A DNA stretch of 52,558 bases. It comes from Octopus bimaculoides (Eukaryota). The notes beneath the pieces are model-generated. The model did no database searches. It was not told the origin of the DNA and saw nothing but the letters and a program-made list of their open reading frames with translations. The DNA is taken from NCBI RefSeq assembly GCF_001194135.2, contig NC_068992.1, positions 46,587,836 through 46,640,393 of the forward strand, read 5' to 3'. Positions 22,836 to 35,188 of this stretch are shown here, in pieces (position 1 is the first letter of the stretch; every line of letters begins with the position of its first letter). The translations under genes were made by a program, and so were the position numbers.

Positions 22836-24024
22836 ACCACAAATTTTGTCTTAATAATTACTTCACAGATTGTCAGGTGATGCTAATAAGTTAGACATGG
22901 ACCAAACGTTGGCCAAAGCGTATCTAAGTTATTTAAGTTAAGATATCTTAGTTATCATAAATTGGGCCAAATGATAGATTTAAGACCTGTTCTTCTTGAA
23001 AAGATATGGGGAAATGTTGCGAGCACGTTAGTCAGTCTTATACAGAAATGGAATTAGAAGTCCCTTTATGGTCAAGTATAAATGACATTTGACTTTGTTC
23101 CCTACTCATGGATCTAAGTAATTTGTCATGAACACGACAATAAAACAGATGCATTTAACGCTTCATGGCCAAACGGTAAGCAACTCCGAAGTTACTGACA
23201 CGGGAAGAAATTACAATAATTAATCGGGTCCCAAGAGAAATATTCAACCACAACCCCTTTTCTCGCTTCCAACTTTTTTTTATTTGGTGTTCATACTTTT
23301 ATCAACCAATATAAAAGAGAATTCTATGGAAGGATAATCACCTATCTCTTGTAAATGAATGACCTAGGTTGAATGCTACGGATGATAAAGATCTTGAAAC
23401 TTTGTGAGAGAGATAGTAAACAGGTTTTCTAGGGTAATTGATATTAGATTTGAATTAGAAATATACGCTAAGAGAGGAAAATTAATCAAAAACATTAATA
23501 TCATGATAGATGAAGAACGAAGATAAGAGAATTAAACCAGACACAGACTTACAAATAATTATAAATTAATGAACTAGATACTGTACAATACACATAACTG
23601 TTAGAAATGTTTGATAATTTATTTTATATGAATTAGACTATTTCTGAAAACAGAGCTACATGTAGAATTGGAATTAGGATAACTACCCAGACTTTTCTAG
23701 TAGTAATTTTAGTTATATATTCTCGATCAGGTCTCAAATATATGATAGGCAGAAAAAGAGGCGAAGCCTGTCTTTAGAACAAACGACCAAGAAGCCACCA
23801 CAGATACTTTATGCCTGGGGTCTTGGGCTTTAAACTTCTAATGGAGCTGTAAGGGTGCCGTAGTGCTATACATATTGTTAATGCATTTTGTAATGTGGCA
23901 GAAATCGTCCCTCTCCATGTTTGACAATAACCGATTTCTTCGAGAAAGAAATAGGCAAAGAAGCAGAAATGTAGAAAATGGGAATGGGAAGAAGATAGAG
24001 GAAGAGGAGGAGAAGGGGGGGGGA

Positions 24025-24149
24025 GAAGAAGAAGAAGAAGAAGAAGAAGAAGAAGAAGAAGAAGAAGAAGAAGAAGAAGAAGAAGAAGAAGAAGAAGAAG
24101 AAGAAGAAGAAGAAGAAGAAGAAGAAGAAGAAGAAGAAGAAGAAGAAGA
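24025..24149. repeat. (GAA)n microsatellite
   Basis: Directly visible; explains the poly-E/S/F ORFs. Confidence 0.95.
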
Positions 24150-24897
24150 ATGGACCACAGCTTCGCACTGGAGCACGATTTATCGACGTCATGGCACTAA
24201 TTACTGAACCGTTTTCTCGTCTAAGAAATATTGTACTGACTCGAATATTGTGGTCATGGAGCCTTAGGCGATTAGTGTAAAGCATCTACTGTAAGAAAAA
24301 AACATCTATTAACTACAATGGAATAGTTTAACAAGCATGGATAGTAGATGAACCGAGAGAAATGTTGTTTTTGATTCAAAAGCTAGGTTTCAGTAGATGA
24401 ACAGTTTTGAGGAGAAAACCTATAATGAAAGATGAATAATTTATATATCAGCAATGCCAGTAAATACACGAGTGAAATTAGGTGAAAGCGACGGATTTTT
24501 GCTTGTGGCACAACAGCAAAAATTTCGTACCAGAAACCACCAAAAGCGATAAATAAAAAGCAAGGTTGTGTGATTGTGTGGAGGTTTAGAATAAAGGATG
24601 AACAACACCCTGTTTCTATGTCCAGTTTTAGTCAAAACCTTATAAGTACTACTAAATATATAGACGCATATAGCTGCACAAACAGACCCACACACAGACA
24701 TACACAGAGACACACACAGAGACACACACACATAAACACGCACGCACAGGCGGACACAAACGCACATACGCATACACGCACGCGCACACACAGACACATA
24801 TATATACAGGCATTATACATGTATATATACGTACACATATCTATATATGCCTACATTATATATCTATACATTTATATACATACATATACAAATAAGT

Positions 24898-25030
24898 GAA
24901 GGCGTGGCATGTGGTAAGAATCTTGCTTCCCAACTATGGTTCTGGGTTGTAGTGTCTTCTGCTATAGCCTCGAACCAACCAAAGCCTTGTGAGTGTATTT
25001 GGTAGGCGAGAACTGAAAGAAGGCAGCTGT
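24898..25030 (+). mobile_element. tRNA-type SINE, family A, with an internal deletion through the B box
   Basis: A-box-like ggcgtggcatgtggtaag; body gtgtcttctgctatagcctcgaaccaaccaaagccttgtgagtg...aactgaaagaagg; ends in a (TA)/(TG) tail. Confidence 0.8.
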
Positions 25031-25050
25031 ATATATATATATATATGTGT

Positions 25051-25092
<42 letters not shown>

Positions 25093-25432
25093 NNNNNNNN
25101 NNNNNNNNNNNNNNNNNNNNNNNNNNNNNNNNNNNNNNNNNNNNNNNNNNNNNNNNNNNNNNNNNNNNNNNNNNNNNNNNNNNNNNNNNNNNNNNNNNNN
25201 NNNNNNNNNNNNNNNNNNNNNNNNNNNNNNNNNNNNNNNNNNNNNNNNNNNNNNNNNNNNNNNNNNNNNNNNNNNNNNNNNNNNNNNNNNNNNNNNNNNN
25301 NNNNNNNNNNNNNNNNNNNNNNNNNNNNNNNNNNNNNNNNNNNNNNNNNNNNNNNNNNNNNNNNNNNNNNNNNNNNNNNNNNNNNNNNNNNNNNNNNNNN
25401 NNNNNNNNNNNNNNNNNNNNNNNNNNNNATAA

Positions 25433-25475
<43 letters not shown>

Positions 25476-26355
25476 CAGGTAAATGTATGTATGTGTGTAT
25501 GTACTTGTGTATGCATGAATGCATGCATGTAAGTATGTATGTACGTAAAAAAAGGAGTATTAATTGTCGTAAGACCGGTAATTCTCTATTAATAATAATA
25601 AATCCCATAGCGAAAAAAACATTGAAGTTCGTCGAAACTTTTTCAGCACAATTTGTGTTTGTAATTCACACGTTTCTCGTAGTGTTCTTGAATCCATTCC
25701 CCACATTTAGCAACATTCCTGTTGCTGTTTTCCTTCGTGCCACTTTCTGAAGCTGAATGCATTTCGACTAATTACAGCAAAAATTAACGATTCAATTAGA
25801 AGTGAGAATATGCTAACTCTAAAGGGAAGAAGAAAAAATTCAACATGATGTTAACAGGTCACAGTTTCCATGCTGCATTAATTTGTTATTTTTTTTCTTC
25901 TATTTCATTGCTCTCCCCTGCTTTTACTCTCTTTTCGCACACCCACACAAGCTCCAGAGCACACCCACCCCTACTTTACACACCTCAGACCGAGAATCAT
26001 TAATTAAAAGGAAATTCGACGTTCATTTTCGTCAATTTCATTTAACATGCTTAAGATAGCATGTTGTTGTTCTCCTTCTCCAACTCTCACTCAGCCTTGA
26101 TCGAGCAATACCATCAGCAACTGCATCTGAAGCAATATTGTCTCGACTTTTTTTAGGTATAAATTCTCTTTAAGAATTGTGTTTATTTTTTTAGAAGACT
26201 GTCAGCTGAAATTCGAAAGGGAGAATGTGCCTCGTATTTCTTCTTCTACATTAGCTACGTTCTTGGTTCTAACACCAACATTTGCCAGAGTGTTTATGTT
26301 AATACTACTTCGTCGATATTAAAAGAAAAAACAATGATATATGTGTGTGTGTGTC

Positions 26356-26771
26356 TCACTAAAGTGACAGAGGTCAATGATCAGCACCAGCATTGGTAGA
26401 ACTAAGAGCCAAATCAACTAAATAACCAGAGAAAGCACTATCATAAAGGCAGGCAAACTCCTCACAGCAGCAGACATAGCCAGATCGTCGATGGTTTCTA
26501 TTTTGATGCTCAACGCATCTTAATACTCATCGTTGGTTTTCTCCGCGCTCGGAGTTAAACTCGGCTCGCCTTGTCAGTTTATATGATATCCGTTGAAATC
26601 ATAAGCCGATTTCATAAACGGTAAAAGTGAAAATTATAAATAACATGGGTGGCTAATTCGCAATTTTACAACCTGAAGACAGAAATATACACGTCACTAA
26701 AGTGACAAAGGGCATGGATCAGCACCAGCATTGCTGGAAATAAGAGTCAAAACAATTCAACTACCACAGAA
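26356..26771. repeat. Pair of 78-bp ungapped direct repeats (26356-26433 and 26694-26771)
   Basis: Manual alignment gives 64/78 identities; both start with the hairpin tcact-aa-agtga. Confidence 0.85.
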
Positions 26772-27790
26772 GCTAGTAATGTACTTTGATGTCGTTATCA
26801 ATTATTTATATTTACCGCAGATAATAATAACAACTATATATTAACGCTGGCACATTCGCTCGCTCGAGTATGTGTATTGATACAATGTTATATTCATTCG
26901 AGTATACACGATCTCTTCGTGTGTATAAATTCGAGTGTATTCACTTAAGCCTATTAAAGCGACTATATCAAACGATTATATTCACTTATATTTTCTAACA
27001 AACTATCAGCTAAATGAGTTTACGTTCAGGAAGTTATCTTAATAGATATGTTCAGTACTAGCGTGCCTTAAATTTTCGTCTATAGCAGAATAGAATGAAT
27101 TATATGACTATTTTGAACATACTTATTTGTTAGTCTAACTTAGCCTCTAATAGTAACCGTTGATAGTAAGAAGTGCCGACAGTATTGGCAAAAATATTTA
27201 AAATTCGGATTTATACAAATGCCGATTAAACAATATGAAACTATCACGTGAAACAAATTCCAATAGTGAAGTCACTAATCATGTCGAGGTGAAGGACCTA
27301 CTTGAAAGAGTTTACTCTGATTAAAAAAGTTGAAGAACAAAAGAAAAAATAACAACGATCTTAGTTTGTTCGAGCAAAGGTAGAAAAATTACAAAACGGC
27401 TAAATCTAAGAGAGTTCTTAAATAATTTTTCTCTTTGCTTATGATGGAGGGTTGAATGCATCAAACATTCTTAATATGGCAATGGCGAGGATCAGGGACG
27501 TTCTGTTAGGGGGCGGGACTTAGCCTATTTCGAAATGCTTGACCTTTTGTGCATGCGAGTACACGTATTGAAAAATGGTCATTAATGTGAAGAAAACGTT
27601 GATATCAAAGCTGCAGCATTGCAAGAATGCAAGGTTTCTATCGACCTCGATGAGTAAACAATCCGAAATCAAAATATTCCCATGTCTTATATGAGATATA
27701 ACCACGAAATCTTAAAGTGCATTGTTGATGAATTTTTGTTTGCTAAATATATGAAATCGGATGCAAAAGAAGAAATAATTTGCAACGCCT

Positions 27791-27940
27791 GGAGAACTGG
27801 TAGAACCGTTAGCACGCTAGGTAAAATACTTAGCAGTATTTCGTCCGGTTCGAGTTCAAATTCCGCCGATGTCGACTTTTTCATCCATCATTTCATGGTC
27901 GATAAAGTAAGTACCAGTTGAGCACTGAGCTCGATGTACC
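27791..27940 (+). mobile_element. tRNA-type SINE, family B
   Basis: A-box-like ctggtagaaccgttagc, B-box-like gagttcaaattccgccg, then gtcgacttt...ggtcgataaagtaagtaccagttgagcactg. Matches the inverted copies at 10112 and 30285. Confidence 0.8.
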
Positions 27941-28968
27941 AAACTTTGGAATCAACATCAGTTCAAGGTTTATAATTTTATGATAGAAAGTAAGGTTACG
28001 AGTTGGGGGGTAGTACGCTTTCAACAATTTCATAAGGTGGTGGTGGGGGGGGGGGCAATAATATAAAAAGTTTGCCGACCCATCCACTAAACCACTGAAT
28101 ATGGTGAAATCCATCAAGTGGGCCACATATACAGTGGATGAAAAGATTCATTCCTCATCTGCTTTTATAACAGCACATAATCTTGGTTACATTTATGAGA
28201 GTGCAGTCAAATCCACTTTTCCTGGCATCTGTCCTGTTGACCGTAAAGCAAGCCATACACACTAATTCTTTTTCTACTCTGATTAATCAATTAAACAGAG
28301 CAACAAAACACTCACACGTCTGCAGAAATATATATTCCATGCTAATATCAAGTTTATAACGGATGATGTCCCTCTATTCTCATCACAATTGAATAATAGT
28401 TTAAAACTTATTGTAATTAACCAAAAAACGAAAAGGTAAAAGCTGGTTGAAACATAGCGAAATCCATATCACTGTCATGGTCATCATCACGATCAATATA
28501 ATCATCTTATTCATGATTGTGATAATGATATCATCATCATCATCAACAACAACAACAACTCCATCATCAACAACAACAACAAAAAGAGCAACAGCAACAA
28601 TAATAACATTGTCCAGTATGAGAAACCCAGCAACTATTTCTAGAGGCAATAATAGTAAATAGATATTGAGATCAGGAAATCTTAGAATTCATGTTTGATT
28701 ACGAAGTCTGATTTCGATGATATTCTCTTCACGACCATAACCATTATCTCCAACATTGTTAACGCTCTCAGCACCAAAATTATCATTTTCGTCGTCGTCG
28801 TCATCATCATCATCATCATCATGAACAACAACACCAGCAACAACAACAACAACAACATCACCACTTCTCAGAACACTATCAATAGCCATCGAAATTATCA
28901 TCATCATTATCATCATTGCCTCAAAACTGGCTTCTTTATGAGCATTTGTGTTCTGTAAAATTGTAATA

Positions 28969-29019
<51 letters not shown>

Positions 29020-29233
29020 AGCACACACACGCACACACGCAGTTTGTCTTTTTAAATGTTGTTAAATTTTAATTTGATGAAAATGAAATTTATATCTTTA
29101 ATGTGTCGGCTGGCGGCGAAAAGGATTCTCAATGTAATTCTTTTTACTCCAGATTTTGTGCCAATTACAGTTTCAGAACCAACTGAACATACTTCACCAA
29201 TCTGTTACATTTGTGTAGCCCTTTCGTTGTCAT

Positions 29234-29627
29234 CACTGATGTCTCGTTAATGAAATTCGTTTCCCGCGAGAGTTCCGGACCCCAGTTATGAACTCATTTG
29301 CATACAGCCAATCAGAGCTCAATTATCAAAGAAGTGTCCACCTGGTCACGAAGATACTGCGGTTGAATTCAGCGGAAAATGTTCGTTATAGCAGAAGCTA
29401 ACTGTTCAAAACAGGTTAGCAGGGGTGACGAATGTGAAATTTAGTGTATTAAGTGAATAGAGAGCTGCTCACCGACAATGCCATAAGTGTTGCCAAATTG
29501 TTTAATTTACTAGTAGTATAGAGTATGTGGATTTTAAAGGTGAACTCCGATTGGCTGTATGCAAATGAGTTCATAACTGGGGTCACTCTCGTGGGAAAAA
29601 AATTTCGCGTCCCGCTACTGTGCAGTG
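29234..29627. mobile_element. Non-autonomous DNA transposon (MITE-like) with CACTG...CAGTG termini and candidate 4-bp TSD TCAT
   Basis: 36-bp perfect inverted repeat 29278-29313 / 29549-29584, further imperfect arms outward, and TCAT at 29230-33 and 29628-31. Confidence 0.7.
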
Positions 29628-30284
29628 TCATTTCTCTTTATTTAAAACTTACTCAATTTAACCATCACCATGAAGAAAAATTATCTCTGTATAGAACGTA
29701 GAACTTAGTTTTACAACTTGGTAATTTATCTACAACTCGGAATTTATCTACAATGTACAGTGAGGTTTTGTGAGTAACCCGATGGTTATTCCTTTAATGG
29801 GCCTGATATACAAAGATGAAAAGAAGACAAACTGTGCATTTTTTCTCTTAAGTGCATTAACAGAAAAGATAATTTTGCTATTTGATTACTTGGACAGGAA
29901 CCCAATTGGTTGAGTCAATTTTGAGTCGATCAAATGATAGGCCAATTGTTTTAATCAAGCGATTTAACAATCTGCTTAGTCCGCGGTACGACTTGAGCCC
30001 GATATTGAAGTGAATAACGAAATAATGCTACTGGATGTAGATAGGCACTCAAAATCGTTTCTTTAGTTTTAGTAACTGAGACGCTTACAGATGCCCTTAG
30101 ATGGCACACGTGAGACAAGTATAATAACATTTATTGTCTAATATTACAAGCATCAGCGAATTAACCAATGGCTAGAAAGTGTGTGACATTGGGTGATGCG
30201 ATGCGCTTGTACAGAGAAGCAAAATTGTGGGGCAGCTACGCAATACAAACAGTAATACATAAAGGATAGTCTTATGTTGTTGTC

Positions 30285-30499
30285 AGTTTCGGCACGAGCA
30301 ATTTCAGAGATAGAGGTTAGCCGATTACATCGACGCCAGTGCTGCACTATTACTTATTGTGTTGAACCCCGAAATGATGAAATGCAAAGTCGACCCCCGG
30401 TGGCATCTGAATGTTGGAAGAAATAACATTAAGAAATAACATAAAGTTGGAAGAAATAACATTATGCATTTTGTCAGGTGCCGTAACGATACTACCAGC
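30285..30499 (-). mobile_element. tRNA-type SINE, family B, with internal tandem rearrangement
   Basis: ccgattacatcgacgccagtgc...gcaaagtcgacc...gcattttgtcaggtgccgtaacgatactaccagc is the reverse complement of the family B layout. Confidence 0.7.
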
Positions 30500-31126
30500 A
30501 TGTCGGTTTATGCTCATCTAATATTGATATAAACAAAATGCATCAACACACATATATACAAATTCAGATAAACATACACAAAGTCACACACACAGGATCA
30601 CACATACACGTACACACTAACACACACATGAGTGAATATTCTCTATGTTTGCTTAATTAACTGAGATCATACTGTTTCGCCTTGCACTAAGGCAGTTCAT
30701 TTATATCTGTGTATTTATATGAGTATAGATAACGTATCAAATTATTCAACCTTCCTTCTTTTCGTTCACAGTCAGAAGTGGATTACTCATCACACCCTAC
30801 CTTCCCTTCAGAAGAAGAATATTTCATTTTGATATACAATATTGTTACCTACTGTGAACAGGATCAGTTGTGACAAAACAGAATTGATTCTGTAAATTCT
30901 CATCAAATGACGAATATACTACACAAAATATAGTAAAGTATTTAAAAATATATAGGGTATATGTATGCCTTGCACCTACGCAAAAATATACAAGATAATA
31001 TATATATATACATATACACACTGATACTTACACAAACGTATATCTATACAGTATGCACATATTCACATATGTATGAGTTATATATGCCCATGTATGTATG
31101 TATATATATATATTAATAATTATCAG

Positions 31127-31475
31127 CAAGTTAACATCGCAGTCCAGGAAAATAGGACGAATGCTGGTGCTGATTAGCTCCAAGAGGCTATCGCCTCTAG
31201 CTAGCTATGTGACACACCTGTGTCCATTATAACGTTCGAACAGTGGAGGTCAGCAGTTTCCTCTTGCTGGTTCAACATCCACAGACTAGTTCCGGAGTAT
31301 TTGCCCCTTATCAATGTGGAGCGGCTGAACACAGCAGGCGTCGCTGCTGACCGTCTGTTCGAAGGCTATAATGGACACAGGTTTGCGTGTCACACAGCTA
31401 GCTAGAGGCGATGGCTTCTTGGAGCTAATGAACGGCAGCATTCGTCCTATTTTGCTGGATTGCTATGTAAACTTG
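31127..31475. mobile_element. Foldback/MITE-like element with about 130-155-bp inverted arms
   Basis: 31127-31256 aligns to the reverse complement of 31344-31475 (roughly 80-85% by eye, including aaaataggacgaatgctg, attagctccaaga, atcgcctctagctagct, acctgtgtccattata); the spacer is partly palindromic too. Confidence 0.85.
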
Positions 31476-31532
31476 GCGAAAACTTAATATCCAGTACCAC
31501 TTCAGTAGTCTACTTTAGAGAGAGTTAGAAAT

Positions 31533-31576
<44 letters not shown>

Positions 31577-33076
31577 TAATATATGATACATACAGTAATA
31601 TATGTGAATATACATATATAGATTGTTAGATATAGTAATCTATGTATATATATATATATAGATTGACACAGAGAAAACCAGACAGACAGACAGACAGAGG
31701 GACACAGAGACACAGAAAAAATTTCTCTCTGCGTGTAGCCGGTTGTGTGTTTATGTGTAGCGTATGACATTATCCAAAAATTATGTACAAAAGGCACTTC
31801 AATATACGATCACCCGTTCTGAATCGCACGGCAGTGTTTCACAATACCGATCGTCAGGCGACTATTGTCTTTACAATTTGCTTCTATATATCGGATAACA
31901 TTGCTCGGTTGACATTGAAATCTCTACAGGAAGATGTTAGATTCTGAGACGATATTGTAAATATACATTCATAAAAGATTATGTTCGACATATTTTTGTC
32001 GCTGTTTTCAACGGCAAAGTACAAAGATTAATAGTGAGTAAATGCATGGGTTGCATGCTGGGAATTTTTAATACGAACACTGCTATTATGGCCTTAATTT
32101 ACAGCTTTATGTATGATGTGGATTTCAGTTGGATAGGAGTTACATGGATACATTTTTTTATTAATGAATGGTTGAATAAAATAAATCATTAAACGTTAAG
32201 ATGTTCATAAAAACATATTTGTCTGAATCCTTGCAGTGGTGTATAAATCTGGTTAATATATTTGTAGATATACTCTATGTTGTATGTACGTTAGGTGCAC
32301 CAATATATTTTGTAGTGTGTATGTGTGTATGTGTGAGTGTGTGTATGTGTGCGTGCGTGTGTTTGTTTGTTAGATGTAAGATACCTACAATATATATTCT
32401 ATTGTTTGCTGTAACTGTTTCATATCTTCAATAATAGAACATACATTTTGATTGGTATGAATGTAAATAATAACGTAGAGAATGAATAACGAAAAGATGA
32501 ATGACAAAAAAAAATGAATAATTCTGCCTAAACTTGAAAGAACGAAGAAAAAGCAAATAAGAATACATGAAAACTAGTCTGATAAAAAAAATATATCGAA
32601 ATGAAAGTGTGGAAAGTTAGAGATTAGTTAATATAAAAAGTACCTACAAACAAACACGGACGCATACGCACGCGCGCACGCTAACACACAGAGACACACG
32701 CATGAAACTTGTGTTTATAAACGCACAAGAGATATTATCTCCGGATGAATGCAGCAATAACTTTGTCTTTCATGATATATATATATAAACAAAATGTCAT
32801 GGTGAATAAGTTCACAAATGGCCACAATTATCCACAACATGGCGGACAATACAAGGAAGGATAGAAAAATATGGTGACAGAGGAGTTAGTCATGTAAAAT
32901 ATAACAACAATAAAGAAAAGTGAAATTAAAAATGCACCTCCACCAATAGGGGTATCTATCTAGGGAAACCACTCGACGTCACAAATCCCTAATATCTTGA
33001 AGATCACGGTGAGAGCACTTTCTCAGGCGTCGTTTTCCACTTTACTGGTTGTTGCTGAGTGTGAATCTTTTAACTC

Positions 33077-33110
33077 TATGAGGGTGGGCTGAATTTCTCT
33101 TAAGCCAACT
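33077..33110. mobile_element. Possible isolated mariner-type TIR remnant
   Basis: TA-tgagggtgggctgaa resembles mariner termini; no partner TIR or ORF seen. Confidence 0.25.
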
Positions 33111-33970
33111 CTGAAAGTGTGTTGTTAAATCTGTGAACTTTTGCATGCCTTAATTTCAGTCATTCATATGAATAACTGCTTTGATTCCTTCTGGTTACAT
33201 TGATATCTGAGAGTTCAAAGAATATTTTAAAATGACTCGTAACGACATCTCTTCAAATTGTACAAAATTTGACATCCTGGTATTCTAATATACCTGCAGA
33301 AAAACGAAACGGTTTGGCCCGCAACGATATTAATGCTGACATGGTTGCTACATTAGGGCAAAATACGTCTGAGACCCATGTTAGAGTACCCAAGACTTTC
33401 CTCCTTTGAATAGTGGCCGTCTGTTGCCTTCCTCCCATCAACGTCCTTCCAGAAGGAGTGGAAATTTAAACAAATACTTAATGGCATCAACTTTACCAGT
33501 CTCACTAGGCTTGCAAGAGTTAGATACTATGCTCTTCCTTCTGTCTTAAGAGGGAGTCGATGAAAACCAGGCGACCTGTCATGTCTTCAAACAATTCACC
33601 GTAGTTACCAAACATAGGAACATAATATGCATTTTTCATCTAAAAGAAACAGCATTACAATCTTCTCGATGGACCTAGCCGATATTCGGACCCACGTGTT
33701 AGTAATGCTCCGATGGAGTGTGTGCAGAACGGTTGTTAAAGCTCTTCGAAAATCTCATTGAAGACCATCTGAAGGCACATGCATTTCGGTGGAACTTATT
33801 TTCAACCATAAAGGTATCCATTTCTGGTTAAGTTATTATAATCTAAAATAAATAGACATTTCCCAGTAGTGTTTTTTATCTATTAATTTATGCTTTGTAG
33901 CAAGTGGCTTGATCTGAGATTATGTTTCCATATTGAAACATTTACATCACGGAAGAACCCATTTACATAA

Positions 33971-34011
<41 letters not shown>

Positions 34012-34637
34012 CCGTTCATTTCTTAACATGTCAAAAACGTCGTCGCATTTCTGTGATCTGGTCACCTACACCATTCTTTGGCATGTAAAGTCTCCTCACT
34101 GATTATTTAGACCATCAAATTTTCAATTTCTTTCACATTTACAACCTTCCGATAAATTTCCATCGCTGCACTGATCATGTTTACATCCTTATTATTTTTC
34201 TTTTTCTTTTGCATTGCTTTTCTCATGAATTTTTGCTTATTACTTTTAATTTAACTTTTGTTCTTCTACTTTGTTGCCTGCATATTATAAACCTATTTTC
34301 TGTACCTAGTTTCATTTTGTCACTACACAATATCCATAAATTGGTATCTGTTGTCTAAATCTTTCTTAAAATGTACATCTATTCCGGTTATATGTTTTTT
34401 AGTCTTCACCTTAGCCATTTTAGAACAATTCTATTTTTGTATTTACCTTCCTCGTTCTTAAGTACATAGCAAATACATATATTCACCGTCTATCTAAGAT
34501 ATAGAGAAGTATTTTTAATCTTTTAGTAAATGTCCTTTCGTGTCTTTCTTTATTTATTCTATTTTCATTTTAATATATTGAAACTGTGGCTAATTACGGA
34601 GAGACATAATGTTTATACCAATTATTTTGTTTTTCCT

Positions 34638-34663
34638 TACTACTACTACTACTTCTACTACTA

Positions 34664-34725
<62 letters not shown>

Positions 34726-34745
34726 GCTGCTGCTGCTGCTACTGC
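34638..34745. repeat. (TAC)n/(TGC)n microsatellite
   Basis: Directly visible. Confidence 0.95.
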
Positions 34746-35115
34746 TTCTTTTATAATTTTCTTACTTAATAATTCTATGCCATTTCATCTGTATTCACCA
34801 TTTTATTACCTGTGAGAGAAGTAAAATATTGATACATTGATAGGAAAGAAAAATCTAAGAACAAACATCACCAATGGCGACTATGGCGACAGAAACAACA
34901 ACAACAAGAGCAACACCAATATCTCAATATCTGATAAAATACCTGTGCAAGCTAATTACCGTTACTTGTGTTCATTACCTAATGTTGCCAGTTACTCATT
35001 AAAGATTTATTTCTGTTTCTAATTAGACAATTATTGATACTATTCTCTACCAAGATTTATTCTGATAATAGTACGACAGAGTAAATAACAAAAATATCAA
35101 CAATAGTAATCATAA

Positions 35116-35188
<73 letters not shown>

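Noticed and set aside
23863-24207. Poly-Glu ORF
   Set aside because: It is a (GAA)n microsatellite with no coding context.
26040-26330. Long near-open minus frame and a strong acceptor near 26200
   Set aside because: Internal TGA, and all three frames close soon after the best acceptor.
28001-28085. G-rich run (possible G-quadruplex) and an aaaagtttgccgaccc hAT-like terminus
   Set aside because: A simple G homopolymer and one short terminus-like match without partner or TSD.
30750-30875. Strong + strand acceptor followed by 33 open codons (SEVDYSSHPTFPSEEEY...)
   Set aside because: No donor, no homology recognised; such acceptors are common in T-rich DNA.
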